A DNA stretch of 64,000 nt, taken from IMG/VR virus record IMGVR_UViG_3300034095_000847; one strand, written 5' to 3'. This document shows, in pieces, positions 1 to 9,037 of the stretch. A program made the translations under genes and the position numbers. Below the pieces are notes generated by a model. The model saw only the letters and a list, made by a program, of their open reading frames with translations. It did not search any database and was not told the DNA's origin. This stretch comes from a virus. Every line of letters starts with the position of its first letter. Positions within the stretch are counted from its first letter, which is position 1.

Positions 1-34
1 AGAGTCATCGGTTCGATTCCGTTATCCCGCTCCA
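1..34 (+). tRNA. 3' half of a tRNA, probably tRNA-Gly (truncated by window start)
   Basis: T-arm CGG-TTCGATT-CCG, then acceptor strand ATCCCGC, discriminator T and encoded CCA, as in bacterial tRNA-Gly ends (TCCCGCTCCA); anticodon lies outside the window. Confidence 0.8.
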
Positions 35-55
35 TTTTATATTAATAGGTGAATT

Positions 56-229
56 ATGCAACATATACAATATATAACATCAATTATCGCATTATGCGGT
101 TTGATTGCTGTATCAGTTTATACAGTAAACCACGAAGACACTGTTAAGATGGAAATAGCAGCAAAATCTGGATTAATACAATGTCGTGAAGGGTCATTCG
201 TATTATGGAAGAAAGAGTGTACTAAATAA
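56..229 (+). CDS. small membrane-anchored hypothetical protein (57 aa)
   Basis: Read manually: MQHIQYITSIIALCGLIAVSVY...; AGGTG RBS; hydrophobic N-terminus. Confidence 0.6.
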   Translation: MQHIQYITSIIALCGLIAVSVYTVNHEDTVKMEIAAKSGLIQCREGSFVLWKKECTK

Positions 230-254
230 TTTTAATTAATAAAAGGAAAGTGAA

Positions 255-524
255 ATGAGTGAAGTTACACCAATTAGAAAACAAGTATTGATTGCCCAAA
301 TAGCAAGAAAAACTGTATCAACCGGTGGTATTATTATTGAAGGCGCTAGATCGGTAGCTGATAATGAAACAGGCAGAGTATTAGCAATTGGTTCAGAAGT
401 TACTGAAGTTGCAGTTGGAGATGAAATATTATTAGATTGGTCTAAAGGTAATCCTGTTACTATTAATGGTGAACAAAGAGTAATGATTAAAGAAGAATTC
501 ATTATTGCTGTATTAGACAGATAA
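255..524 (+). CDS. groES: GroES-like co-chaperonin (functional analogue of T4 gp31)
   Basis: P..K.VL, TGGIII mobile loop, G.VLAIG, VAVGDEIL, IIAVL motifs of Cpn10. Confidence 0.85.
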   Translation: MSEVTPIRKQVLIAQIARKTVSTGGIIIEGARSVADNETGRVLAIGSEVTEVAVGDEILLDWSKGNPVTINGEQRVMIKEEFIIAVLDR

Positions 525-530
525 TATATT

Positions 531-1064
531 ATGAAAAAAGAATTGTTAATTGGGTGTGGAAGTAAATTAATTAAACAATTATCAACTACAGAAGATAAAC
601 AATGGAATAATCTTACAACGTTAGATATAAATCCAGATCATAATCCAGATATTATATGGGATTTAGAAGAACTTCCTTTGCCTTTTGAAGATGAAACATT
701 TGATGAGATTCATGCATATGAAGTTTTAGAACATATTGGTAGACAAGGAGACTATAAGTTTTTCTTTGCACAATTTGCAGAGTTTTATAGAATATTAAAA
801 CCAAATGGTTTAATTCATGCAACTGTTCCTCATTGGCAATCAAATTGGGCTTGGGGAGATCCATCACATACTAGAACTATTCAATTAGAAACACTAACAT
901 TTTTAAATCAACAGGAATATATAAACCAAATTGGTAAAACTTCAATGTCTGACTTTAGATACATATATAAAGCAGATTTTAATCTTGCCGCATATGATAT
1001 TAAAGATGGTAACTTTGCTTTTGTTTTACAAACAGTTAAACCGTCACGAATTGAGAATAAATAA
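531..1064 (+). CDS. class I SAM-dependent methyltransferase
   Basis: LLIGCG motif I, LPFEDETFDEIHAYEVLEH, EFYRILKPNG. Confidence 0.8.
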   Translation: MKKELLIGCGSKLIKQLSTTEDKQWNNLTTLDINPDHNPDIIWDLEELPLPFEDETFDEIHAYEVLEHIGRQGDYKFFFAQFAEFYRILKPNGLIHATVPHWQSNWAWGDPSHTRTIQLETLTFLNQQEYINQIGKTSMSDFRYIYKADFNLAAYDIKDGNFAFVLQTVKPSRIENK

Positions 1065-1894
1065 TGGATATTGAATTAAGTAAAGAAACTCTCGGTGGTA
1101 AAAGTCTATTAGTTGGTACTCCAATGTATGGTGGTCAATGCTATCATGAGTATCTACATGCTTTATTAGAACTGCAACATTTATGTTTACAGTATGAAAT
1201 TCCTATTAAACTAATTAGTACATCTAATATTAGTTTAGTACAAGAAGCACGTAATCATATTGTTAATCAATTCTTGGAAACTGAATTTACACACTTATTG
1301 TTTATTGACGCTGACGTAGGTTTTAAGGCAATTGAAGTAATTGCTATGTTGGCTACAGGCAAACAAGTTATTGGTGGAGCATATCCAAGGAAACTTATTA
1401 ATTGGAACAATATAAAAGATGTTATATTAAAGAATCCTGATATTGATCCAAGTTTATTACCATCTGTAACAGGTTCATTTCCTATTATTCCTGTAGATAC
1501 AAATGCTGAATATAGTTCTGCCAATATTATGAAAGTAAAGGGAACCGGAACAGGTTTAATGATTATTGAACGAGATGTATTTAAACAATTCCGTGAGTCT
1601 TATCCAGATTATTATTATTCACCTGATGTAGATTCCTATCAATTAAAGGGCGAAGCAAAACAGATTCAATTGTCTTATTCATATTTCAATGTAGGTATTA
1701 CTGAAGTAGAAGATGGAGGAATTGTTCAAAAAGTAAATATGGGAGAAGATTATAAATTCTGTTATATGTGTAGAAAAATAGGTATTGATATTTGGTATGC
1801 TCCATTTACTAATACCACACATACAGGAACTTATGCATTTTCAGGTAGTATTGGGGCATTAGCAAAATACTCTAATGGAGGATTAGTAAACTAA
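1064..1894 (+). CDS. GT-A fold glycosyltransferase-like protein
   Basis: GTPMYGG, ARN..V..FL, THLLFIDAD (DxD), GTGLMII.R.VF, GEDY.FC motifs. Confidence 0.7.
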   Translation: MDIELSKETLGGKSLLVGTPMYGGQCYHEYLHALLELQHLCLQYEIPIKLISTSNISLVQEARNHIVNQFLETEFTHLLFIDADVGFKAIEVIAMLATGKQVIGGAYPRKLINWNNIKDVILKNPDIDPSLLPSVTGSFPIIPVDTNAEYSSANIMKVKGTGTGLMIIERDVFKQFRESYPDYYYSPDVDSYQLKGEAKQIQLSYSYFNVGITEVEDGGIVQKVNMGEDYKFCYMCRKIGIDIWYAPFTNTTHTGTYAFSGSIGALAKYSNGGLVN

Positions 1895-2050
1895 ATGAGT
1901 AGTTGGAAAGGCGGTAAAGGTAGTAAACCAAGACCAATTTCAGACAGAAAGAAGTTTGATGATAATTGGGATGCTATTTTTAACAAGAAAAAACAAGATG
2001 ATTCTAAAACAAAAGAAGAGGTGAAAGATGGCGACAACAGCAATGATTAA
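1895..2050 (+). CDS. small phage protein (GKGSKPRP...FDDNWDAIF)
   Basis: Read manually, 51 aa; starts directly after the upstream stop. Confidence 0.6.
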   Translation: MSSWKGGKGSKPRPISDRKKFDDNWDAIFNKKKQDDSKTKEEVKDGDNSND

Positions 2051-2180
2051 AAAATGTGTTTGCAAAGATACTCCTGCGGCAAAATTCCAAGATAAAGAAT
2101 ATGGTCAAGGAAACAGAGTTTGTAATGAAGACCAGAAGAAAGGTTATAAATGCACTGTTTGTGGAACTAATCATAAATAA
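2028..2180 (+). CDS. small Cys-rich putative zinc-binding protein (50 aa)
   Basis: Read manually; GAGGTG RBS; CxC...CxxC. Confidence 0.55.
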   Translation: MATTAMIKKCVCKDTPAAKFQDKEYGQGNRVCNEDQKKGYKCTVCGTNHK

Positions 2181-2247
2181 AACGTTTACATTCCCTAAAA
2201 CTATGATATAATAAACTCATAAATTAATTATTGAGGAATATTATATC
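2176..2247 (+). promoter_or_regulatory. early promoter/leader cassette, copy 1
   Basis: GTTTAC 2184-2189, 17 bp spacer, TGaTATAAT (-10 at 2207-2212), CTCATAAATT..TGAGG leader. Confidence 0.9.
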
Positions 2248-2526
2248 ATGAATAAAGTAGTACAAGTAAGACTTCAAAAAATATCAGAATTTGGCGGCTG
2301 GGTAGGAATGATTCTTATCCAGTCCTCAACCATCCCAGTTTCAATAAGTATCATTCGTGGTAATGTTGAAAGAATACCTCCTATAGATATGACTATTATG
2401 ATATGGGTAGGATTGTTCTTATTCTTATTAAGAGCTATTGCTAATAAAGATTCGTTATACATAGTATCTAATTCAGTAGGATTCTTTTTTCAAACAATTC
2501 TATTAGTTCTTATAGCATATAAATAG
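2248..2526 (+). CDS. 3-TM membrane protein, SemiSWEET/PQ-loop-like
   Basis: Three hydrophobic helices with the spacing GWVG..IP / GL.LF...A..KD.LYIVSN.VGF. Confidence 0.5.
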   Translation: MNKVVQVRLQKISEFGGWVGMILIQSSTIPVSISIIRGNVERIPPIDMTIMIWVGLFLFLLRAIANKDSLYIVSNSVGFFFQTILLVLIAYK

Positions 2527-2564
2527 TTTCTTCCTAGGAAACAGTCTATTTCATATTTGGTTAA

Positions 2565-2635
2565 AAATAAATGTTTACATTTACAGAAGCCATGATATAA
2601 TAGATACATAAATTAAACTAATGAGGAATTATATT
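2565..2635 (+). promoter_or_regulatory. early promoter/leader cassette, copy 2
   Basis: GTTTAC 2573-2578, TATAAT 2596-2601, TGAGGAATTATATTATG. Confidence 0.9.
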
Positions 2636-2941
2636 ATGAAATCAACTACACCTATCCAAGATCGTTTAGACAATGGATTTAAAATTATTGCAATTGCATC
2701 TTTAGATATAAGAAAACAACCTATAAATCGTGATGAAATTGAAAAAGAAGCAGTAAGAATCGAACGTTGTGTCGAACATTTTTATAAAATCGAAAACCAT
2801 GATCTTCAATATCCTGAATATGCTACCAATTTTCTAACAGAAAAATACCGTGATATTATCGAAGGTAAATATGATGGTGAATGGTTAAATGATATTAAAG
2901 ATGTAAATTATGTTGAAGAAACTTTTGGTGGTATAGAATGA
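2636..2941 (+). CDS. hypothetical protein
   Basis: ORF track 2621..2941; start moved to the ATG downstream of the GAGG RBS. Confidence 0.7.
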   Translation: MKSTTPIQDRLDNGFKIIAIASLDIRKQPINRDEIEKEAVRIERCVEHFYKIENHDLQYPEYATNFLTEKYRDIIEGKYDGEWLNDIKDVNYVEETFGGIE

Positions 2942-3093
2942 ATAAAGAAAAAGAGTTGTTGAAAAAGATTTTAGCCACAGGTTGGTTAAATCACGAGTTA
3001 AGTTGTGAAGTAGAAGAAATCCTCGCCCAGCAAGAAACGGAACAGGAATGGTATAGAAGAGGTTTAGAAAAAGGGTTCATTACAATAGAGTAA
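2938..3093 (+). CDS. hypothetical protein, MxKERELL...LAQ family
   Basis: Read manually (MNKEKELLKKIL...EEILAQQETEQE); resembles 6577..6915. Confidence 0.5.
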   Translation: MNKEKELLKKILATGWLNHELSCEVEEILAQQETEQEWYRRGLEKGFITIE

Positions 3094-3116
3094 TTACAAA
3101 GAATTGGAGGTAAGTA

Positions 3117-3284
3117 ATGAGTGAAAATATTTCAACAACTTTAATGCAATGGAAATCAGATAAACAGATTAAAGCAGCAAAAAAGAAATCTGTTAAACAA
3201 TTAGTGAAAGATGGTTCTAGTCATAATCTGGCAAAGAAACTTGTTAATGAAGCCTACACCAGGATTAAAAATGAAAAGATATAA
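3117..3284 (+). CDS. small basic hypothetical protein (55 aa)
   Basis: Read manually; GGAGG RBS. Confidence 0.55.
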   Translation: MSENISTTLMQWKSDKQIKAAKKKSVKQLVKDGSSHNLAKKLVNEAYTRIKNEKI

Positions 3285-3525
3285 TTGCAAGCATGGTCCG
3301 GTAGATATGATTGAAGAAGCAGATGGTTATTGGGTAACTTATGATGAATATAACCAAAGCATGCTTGATAATAATAAATTAGTTGAAAAATCTTGGAGAT
3401 CCAGAGATAGTTTAGCTATTGCGGATGGGATCAAAGAGGAAAAACTTCAAGATATTATTGTAGGTTTATCTATTGCATTGTTTGCCGCAGTTGTTACATT
3501 ATTGTTTATTTGGATGAGGAATTAA
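3271..3525 (+). CDS. hypothetical protein with C-terminal TM helix
   Basis: Likely start MKRYN after AGGA; same architecture as 9666..10058 (M.RYN...G.WV...TM). Confidence 0.6.
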   Translation: MKRYNCKHGPVDMIEEADGYWVTYDEYNQSMLDNNKLVEKSWRSRDSLAIADGIKEEKLQDIIVGLSIALFAAVVTLLFIWMRN

Positions 3526-3526
3526 T

Positions 3527-3904
3527 ATGGATGTACCTGACAGGCCAATTTATGGGAATAGTTTCGGTGTAAATACCGGTGTTACTAATGTAACAACAAG
3601 TGCTTCTACGCTAGTTAAAAATAATATAGGTACAATAGGTCCAAATCAAAGAATAAATGATATTAAAGGTGAAATGTTTATCGTAGAACAACCGGAAAGT
3701 CATTTTATATTGCGTCCATATCAGTTATCTGGGGATGAAATTAAACTAGAATTGGCCCGAGATTTAGTAGATAAATTAATGAAAAGTAATTATATTGAAT
3801 TTACTAAACAAACTGATCCTCATGATATGTCATTAACCTATAGGGCAAGAATTTTTGCAGTACCTAATGATAATATTCAATCATTACGGGTGAATATAAA
3901 ATGA
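3527..3904 (+). CDS. hypothetical protein
   Basis: ORF with GAGG RBS, in operon. Confidence 0.65.
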   Translation: MDVPDRPIYGNSFGVNTGVTNVTTSASTLVKNNIGTIGPNQRINDIKGEMFIVEQPESHFILRPYQLSGDEIKLELARDLVDKLMKSNYIEFTKQTDPHDMSLTYRARIFAVPNDNIQSLRVNIK

Positions 3905-4167
3905 AAACTATAGCTTGGGTAAATGTTTTAGAACGAGATTTAGATACTGATGATGATTCTAAAGTTATTAACTCATATCCATTCCCAGAGGTAAATATTA
4001 AAGGTCATTGGTGTTTATCAATATGGCAATTAAGAGAGTTAATAGATAAAATGGAAGATGAAATTATGAAGGAATGTTATCATACAAGATTACATTTCAT
4101 AATGAATAGATGGCACCCAAAGAACTTTATCAATATAGAATTTAAAAATTGGAAATATGAGGACTAA
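3901..4167 (+). CDS. hypothetical protein
   Basis: ATGA overlap with the upstream ORF. Confidence 0.6.
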   Translation: MKTIAWVNVLERDLDTDDDSKVINSYPFPEVNIKGHWCLSIWQLRELIDKMEDEIMKECYHTRLHFIMNRWHPKNFINIEFKNWKYED

Positions 4168-4338
4168 ATGCAAACCTATAGAGCACGGGATTTAACCAAA
4201 GGTCAAGTTATTTTAAAAAATAATGAACAACTTGTTATTGATAGAGTTGATATATCTAATCGTGGTAATATTCTAGTTTGGGTTAATAACAAGATTAACC
4301 AAGTTATCCATTATGATCCAATGGATATTGTTATTTTA

Positions 4339-4411
4339 AAATAAACGTTTACATTCTCAGAAACCATGATATAATAGACTCATAAATTAAATAAATGAGG
4401 AATATTATATC
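4339..4411 (+). promoter_or_regulatory. early promoter/leader cassette, copy 3
   Basis: GTTTAC 4347-4352, TATAAT 4370-4375. Confidence 0.9.
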
Positions 4412-4693
4412 ATGATCAAAAAACCTACCGAATTACAATTCAACCTAATGACTAAGATAGTCGAAGATGATTTTACTAGTTTCAATGGTAATGCTAAAGC
4501 ATTAATTGAATCAAGTGAACCTATTTGCAGTGCTACTTGGACTTCCATGATCGTTGAATCAGCATCAGATAAAGGAACCTTAGCAAGTTTAATCAATGCT
4601 GATTTAGTTTGGCATGAAGGAGAAGGAAGAGATTCTCTAGTAGGATTAACTGATTCTGGTTTTTTAGTTATGAAACAATTTTACGGAGTATAA
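4412..4693 (+). CDS. hypothetical protein
   Basis: First ORF after promoter cassette. Confidence 0.65.
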   Translation: MIKKPTELQFNLMTKIVEDDFTSFNGNAKALIESSEPICSATWTSMIVESASDKGTLASLINADLVWHEGEGRDSLVGLTDSGFLVMKQFYGV

Positions 4694-4801
4694 TATGGAA
4701 ATTGAAAAAGTATTGAAAGGTGCATTCGTGTTATCAACTTTTATATGGTCTATGACGACTGTATTCTTATTGATATCAGTGTTATTTGGATTAGGAGTAT
4801 T

Positions 4802-5590
4802 ATGAAAATTGCTTATTGTTCTGATCTTCATTTAGAAATTAGAACCCTTGAAATTAACAATACAGAAGATGCTAAAGTGTTAGTATTGGCGGGTGATATC
4901 TGTACTGTTACAGACTTAGATCCATTAAACGATATTGGATACTTTAGAAGCCAGCGAATTCATAACTTCTTTAAAGATTGCTGTGATAAGTTCGAAAAAG
5001 TTATCTATATTATGGGTAACCACGAACATTATCACCATCAGTTCTACGATACAATAGGTAGATTAAAGACAAATCTAGGTTATCTACCTAATCTGCATAT
5101 CCTCGATAGAGAAGCAATTACTATCGATGGAACTACCTTTATCTGTGGAACTCTTTGGTCTGATATGAATAACGAAGACCCTGCTACTAAAGGATTTATG
5201 CTTATACGGATGAATGACTTTAGAATTATTAAGAATGGAATGGTACGATTTAGTCCAAATGATGCTATAGTTGAACATCAGAGAATGGTTAAGTTTATTG
5301 ATGATATAGTAGGTGAAGGAGATTATGTTGTAGTTAGTCATCATTCACCTAGTTTTAGAAGTGTTTCAAAGGAATTTGAGAAAGACAAATTAATGAATGG
5401 TGGATTTCATTCTAACCTTGATGAGTTTATTACCAATAGACCTCAGATTAAATTGTTTATTCACGGACATACACATTCTGCTCACGACTATATGATTGGT
5501 GAAACTAGAGTTGTTTGTAATCCAAGAGGATATGCTGGTTATGAAGCAATTGCTGATACTTTTGAAATAAAATATATTAATTTAATATAA
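4802..5590 (+). CDS. calcineurin-like metallophosphoesterase
   Basis: SDLH, LAGD, GNHE, SHH.P, HGHTH, CNPRGY motifs; start at MKIAY after AGGAG. Confidence 0.85.
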   Translation: MKIAYCSDLHLEIRTLEINNTEDAKVLVLAGDICTVTDLDPLNDIGYFRSQRIHNFFKDCCDKFEKVIYIMGNHEHYHHQFYDTIGRLKTNLGYLPNLHILDREAITIDGTTFICGTLWSDMNNEDPATKGFMLIRMNDFRIIKNGMVRFSPNDAIVEHQRMVKFIDDIVGEGDYVVVSHHSPSFRSVSKEFEKDKLMNGGFHSNLDEFITNRPQIKLFIHGHTHSAHDYMIGETRVVCNPRGYAGYEAIADTFEIKYINLI

Positions 5591-5653
5591 ACGTTTACAT
5601 TCCCTGAAAACGTGTTATAATAGACCCATAAACTAATTATTGAGGAAAGTGAA
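5586..5653 (+). promoter_or_regulatory. early promoter/leader cassette, copy 4
   Basis: GTTTAC 5593-5598, TATAAT 5616-5621. Confidence 0.9.
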
Positions 5654-5845
5654 ATGAAAGTAACAATAGATTTGAATGATTTGAAGAAATTTATAAAGAC
5701 TTTAGATTCAGACAGTGATGAATGGTATGGCCCAATCAATTATATGACAGGTAGTTGCATTAATGACTTTCTTGAATGGAAAGGTGAGAAAGAAATGGTT
5801 GAAGAATTTAATCAGTTTTTACAAAAAGAATTGTCGAGTTATTAA
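5654..5845 (+). CDS. hypothetical protein
   Basis: First ORF after promoter cassette. Confidence 0.6.
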   Translation: MKVTIDLNDLKKFIKTLDSDSDEWYGPINYMTGSCINDFLEWKGEKEMVEEFNQFLQKELSSY

Positions 5846-5846
5846 G

Positions 5847-6110
5847 ATGAGAATGACAACTTGGCGTAAAGAAATAACAACAGTGATGATATCAAATGAA
5901 GATAAGGATATCACTAACTATGTAACTACATTAACCGAAGAAGAACTAGATGTTGAGTTTGATGCTGGTTATGGTGGGACTAGAGGATTACCATTCACTC
6001 TTTGGACTACTTGGTTCGTTTACTTCCCGATTGAATATGATGGTGCAGAGTGGGCAGGGTCAGTAGATAGGAATCCTACACAGAATCCAACATATCATCA
6101 AGGTGGTTAA
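5847..6110 (+). CDS. hypothetical phage protein (FDAGYGG..G.PFTLWT...VYFP.EYDGAEW)
   Basis: ORF track 5763..6110; start moved to the ATG after the upstream stop. Confidence 0.65.
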   Translation: MRMTTWRKEITTVMISNEDKDITNYVTTLTEEELDVEFDAGYGGTRGLPFTLWTTWFVYFPIEYDGAEWAGSVDRNPTQNPTYHQGG

Positions 6111-6369
6111 GCAAATGAGTAGTTTAAAAATGACACCAATAGCTGTTTCTATACATAGAGAAAATGAACATCCCCTATTTGGAGAAGGAGTTATCCATCT
6201 TAAATTAGAAGATGAGGCAGGTGGGTTCTTTTTCACGGTTAGTCAGGAAGAGTGTTCTATGAGGATTGACTACGATGAAATTAAGCAATTGGTAATTGCA
6301 GCTAAGTTTCTATTAGATGGTGCGAGTGGACTGGGTCAGGAGATATTGAATCATACACAGGGTGGTTAG
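6103..6369 (+). CDS. hypothetical protein
   Basis: ORF in operon. Confidence 0.6.
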   Translation: MVKQMSSLKMTPIAVSIHRENEHPLFGEGVIHLKLEDEAGGFFFTVSQEECSMRIDYDEIKQLVIAAKFLLDGASGLGQEILNHTQGG

Positions 6370-6576
6370 TATGCCAGTAACTGATTTGCAATTAATTATT
6401 TTTATAGTTACCAGTGTATTGTCTGGTGGGTTAATATTGGCTACAATGTATAAGATGTTCAAATGTATTTTTGATAAATTTAATGAACTGAGAAAAAGAT
6501 TATGAGTGTTGAAAATATAGTATGTGGTTCTTTAGTGTTTATATCTATTATTCTGTTTTTGTGTTGAGGAACTATT

Positions 6577-6915
6577 GTGAGTAAAGAAAGAGAGTTACTT
6601 ATAGGGGCAGTGGAATGGATGCAAGAATTAAAATATGTGTATGCAGATGCAAGAGACTCGGGAGACAGGTTTTTATTAGAGTTAATAGCAGATATTAATA
6701 AGATTGAAAACCTACTCGCCCAACCTAAGCAAGAGCCAAGTGATACAGAAATAATCATAGCATACCAAATGCTTGTGAGAAGGAAATTAGGTTTGCAGGA
6801 AAAGAATGAAGTCTTACAATTAGGTGAACCCGAATTCAAAGTTTGTGAGAATAAAATTGATAGTAGTTGTCCATTACACAATTTGCAATGTCAGTATCCA
6901 GAGTGTGAGGAATAA
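6577..6915 (+). CDS. hypothetical protein (MSKERELL...LLAQP family, Cys-rich C-terminus)
   Basis: GAGG RBS, GTG start. Confidence 0.6.
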   Translation: MSKERELLIGAVEWMQELKYVYADARDSGDRFLLELIADINKIENLLAQPKQEPSDTEIIIAYQMLVRRKLGLQEKNEVLQLGEPEFKVCENKIDSSCPLHNLQCQYPECEE

Positions 6916-6916
6916 T

Positions 6917-7267
6917 ATGAGAATTTATTTTGGAAGAAAACCAGAAGGAGATGAAATTCAAAAATTGGACAAAAAATTTGAATTTTATTTAATTGAAAAT
7001 GATTATAATGTTGAGAAAACTGTTGACTTTATGACATCATATTTAGTAAACAATTGGGACGAAGATGATTTTAAAGATGTTGTGTGTCATAGCATTAATC
7101 CATTATTAATCAATTATTTTACCGATGATTTTGCTAAAGAATATTTATGGATAATTGATGAAGAAGGTAATCATATCAAAATGGGTGATGATGAATCTAT
7201 GTTAAAAAAATTAACAGTGCTTGGTCCAGGTGAAGTGGTGTGTGATGATTATAGGTCGCTCAAATGA
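6917..7267 (+). CDS. hypothetical protein
   Basis: Start moved to MRIYFG after GAGG. Confidence 0.6.
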   Translation: MRIYFGRKPEGDEIQKLDKKFEFYLIENDYNVEKTVDFMTSYLVNNWDEDDFKDVVCHSINPLLINYFTDDFAKEYLWIIDEEGNHIKMGDDESMLKKLTVLGPGEVVCDDYRSLK

Positions 7268-7545
7268 GTGGCGGATTTTTCAACCATCTTCAATATAACC
7301 TAGACCAAATCTCAGCAGATATTGAAGATGAAATCTATTATAATGATTCAGAAGAAGTTAATGAATATAATGATAAAAGAGGTAATGGATTCAGCGAAGA
7401 TACTATGCAAGAATTCAAATTAGCTGTATGGTATTTGAAACAAGCACTGGTTTATACCCAAAGAATAGATTGGTTACTTTCTGGGGACGACGGAGAGGAA
7501 ACATTCCATGAAAGATTGAAAAAAGATTTGGAAAAACTAAAATAA
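7264..7545 (+). CDS. hypothetical phage protein (MSGG.F...RIDWLLSGDDGEE)
   Basis: ATGA overlap with the upstream ORF. Confidence 0.7.
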   Translation: MSGGFFNHLQYNLDQISADIEDEIYYNDSEEVNEYNDKRGNGFSEDTMQEFKLAVWYLKQALVYTQRIDWLLSGDDGEETFHERLKKDLEKLK

Positions 7546-7611
7546 AACGTTTACATTTCTAGAAAACAGTGTATAATAGACTCATAAATTAAATTATTGA
7601 GGAATTATATT
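7541..7611 (+). promoter_or_regulatory. early promoter/leader cassette, copy 5
   Basis: GTTTAC 7549-7554, TATAAT 7572-7577. Confidence 0.9.
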
Positions 7612-7727
7612 ATGAATGCAGTTGAATGGTTTTATACGATTATGTCAATGGGGTTTGGGTGGGCTATTTTAAGTTTCCCCTATTTGGTTGAGAAGTTTTG
7701 TAAATTATTTAAATGAGGAATTATATT

Positions 7728-7895
7728 ATGAAGAATGAATTTGAAATAAACTTTGACCAATGGAATATCCTTTGGAAAAAACACGAAAATAGATATGACT
7801 TCTTTGTCGCTAGTTCTCCTGAGATAGCATGTAATATGGCTCGTTGGAAATATGGCGATTGTATTGATATAAAATCAGTGGAGATATTTGAATGA
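7728..7895 (+). CDS. hypothetical protein
   Basis: Preceded by a promoter-less copy of the leader TGAGGAATTATATTATG. Confidence 0.6.
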   Translation: MKNEFEINFDQWNILWKKHENRYDFFVASSPEIACNMARWKYGDCIDIKSVEIFE

Positions 7896-8116
7896 CTACT
7901 GTAGCAGAACTTATCACCTATCTCCAAACACTACCTCCAGAAACTACAGTTGATGTTCTCTCTGAAGAATCATCAGGATACAGTAGTTATTGTACCTGGG
8001 TTGACCTAGAACTTCCAACTGAAGAGATATTTGGTTCCTATCAAGGAACTGATTCAATGGAATTTTACTCAGGTACAGATAATGTTGGACCTTTCCTAAG
8101 ACTTGGGAGTGATTAA
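7892..8116 (+). CDS. hypothetical protein (MTTVAELI.YLQTLP)
   Basis: ATGA overlap with the upstream ORF. Confidence 0.65.
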   Translation: MTTVAELITYLQTLPPETTVDVLSEESSGYSSYCTWVDLELPTEEIFGSYQGTDSMEFYSGTDNVGPFLRLGSD

Positions 8117-8346
8117 TGAACAATAGATTATTAGAACTTGCCCAAGAAGCAGAACAATCAGCTAATCTAGGGAATGCCATAGATGTTAAGTTAATGATGC
8201 AGAATTATGCTGAATTGATTGTGAAGGAACTTCTCAATATAGCGGATGAAGTCAGTTCCTTTAGCGATAGCCCAGAATGGTTAATATGCGAAAGATTGGG
8301 TATCAACCATGACTGGCGAAGACAACTAGATAATTTTTGGAGTTGA
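8116..8346 (+). CDS. hypothetical protein, EKFAELIV paralogue family
   Basis: MN.RLLELA..A, YAELIVKE; 3' half duplicated at 14399-14533. Confidence 0.7.
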   Translation: MNNRLLELAQEAEQSANLGNAIDVKLMMQNYAELIVKELLNIADEVSSFSDSPEWLICERLGINHDWRRQLDNFWS

Positions 8347-8565
8347 ATGATGAACGAGAAAATTAGAAAGTTTGCGGTAATGAGTTTTGATATTGAACTT
8401 GATAGACGTAACTTTGAAGAATTTTCCACAGATGTTTATGGTGTTGAAAAGTTTGCTCAATTAGTTATCAAAGAATGTGTTGATACAATTATGAATGATA
8501 CCGATAGGCATAGAAAAGAATACTTTGCTGGACTTTTGAAAGAACATTTTGGAATAGAAGAATGA
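8347..8565 (+). CDS. hypothetical protein, EKFAELIV paralogue family
   Basis: EKFAQLVIKEC...KEHFGIEE. Confidence 0.7.
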   Translation: MMNEKIRKFAVMSFDIELDRRNFEEFSTDVYGVEKFAQLVIKECVDTIMNDTDRHRKEYFAGLLKEHFGIEE

Positions 8566-8861
8566 ATATCTATGAAGCCAGATGGAACAATGTCCTAAAA
8601 TGGGCAAAGAAAGTGAAGGAACACTACGACACTGGCAAGTATATGATTAAATGGGATTGGGATTATTATCCTAATGAATTTGACTTTGTTATTGATGAAG
8701 TGAACCGAATAATTTCAATTGATTCAAAAGATAGAACAACTCTAAATCAGATTTATGAATATGCTTTAGAATGGGATCATGGTTCATATACTTCTATTGC
8801 TGAAACAAACAAAATGCTTGCAGATATTAATTTATTTATGATGGTTAAGGTAAAATTATGA
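8562..8861 (+). CDS. hypothetical protein
   Basis: ATGA overlap with the upstream ORF. Confidence 0.65.
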   Translation: MNIYEARWNNVLKWAKKVKEHYDTGKYMIKWDWDYYPNEFDFVIDEVNRIISIDSKDRTTLNQIYEYALEWDHGSYTSIAETNKMLADINLFMMVKVKL

Positions 8862-9037
8862 ATAAAACTTATACAACTGAAGTCTATGAGTTTGGACCTG
8901 ATAATGATTTGATAATTAAACTTCCTGAAGAACTATTAGAAGAATTGAAATGGTTTGACGGTGATAAGATAACTTGGATAGACAATAACGATGGTTCATT
9001 CTCACTGAGGAAAGCAGATGATTTACTTAGATTATAA
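8858..9037 (+). CDS. AbrB/MazE/SpoVT-like small DNA-binding protein
   Basis: Read manually: DLIIKLPEELLEELKWFDGDKITW..NNDGSFSLRK. Confidence 0.6.
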   Translation: MNKTYTTEVYEFGPDNDLIIKLPEELLEELKWFDGDKITWIDNNDGSFSLRKADDLLRL

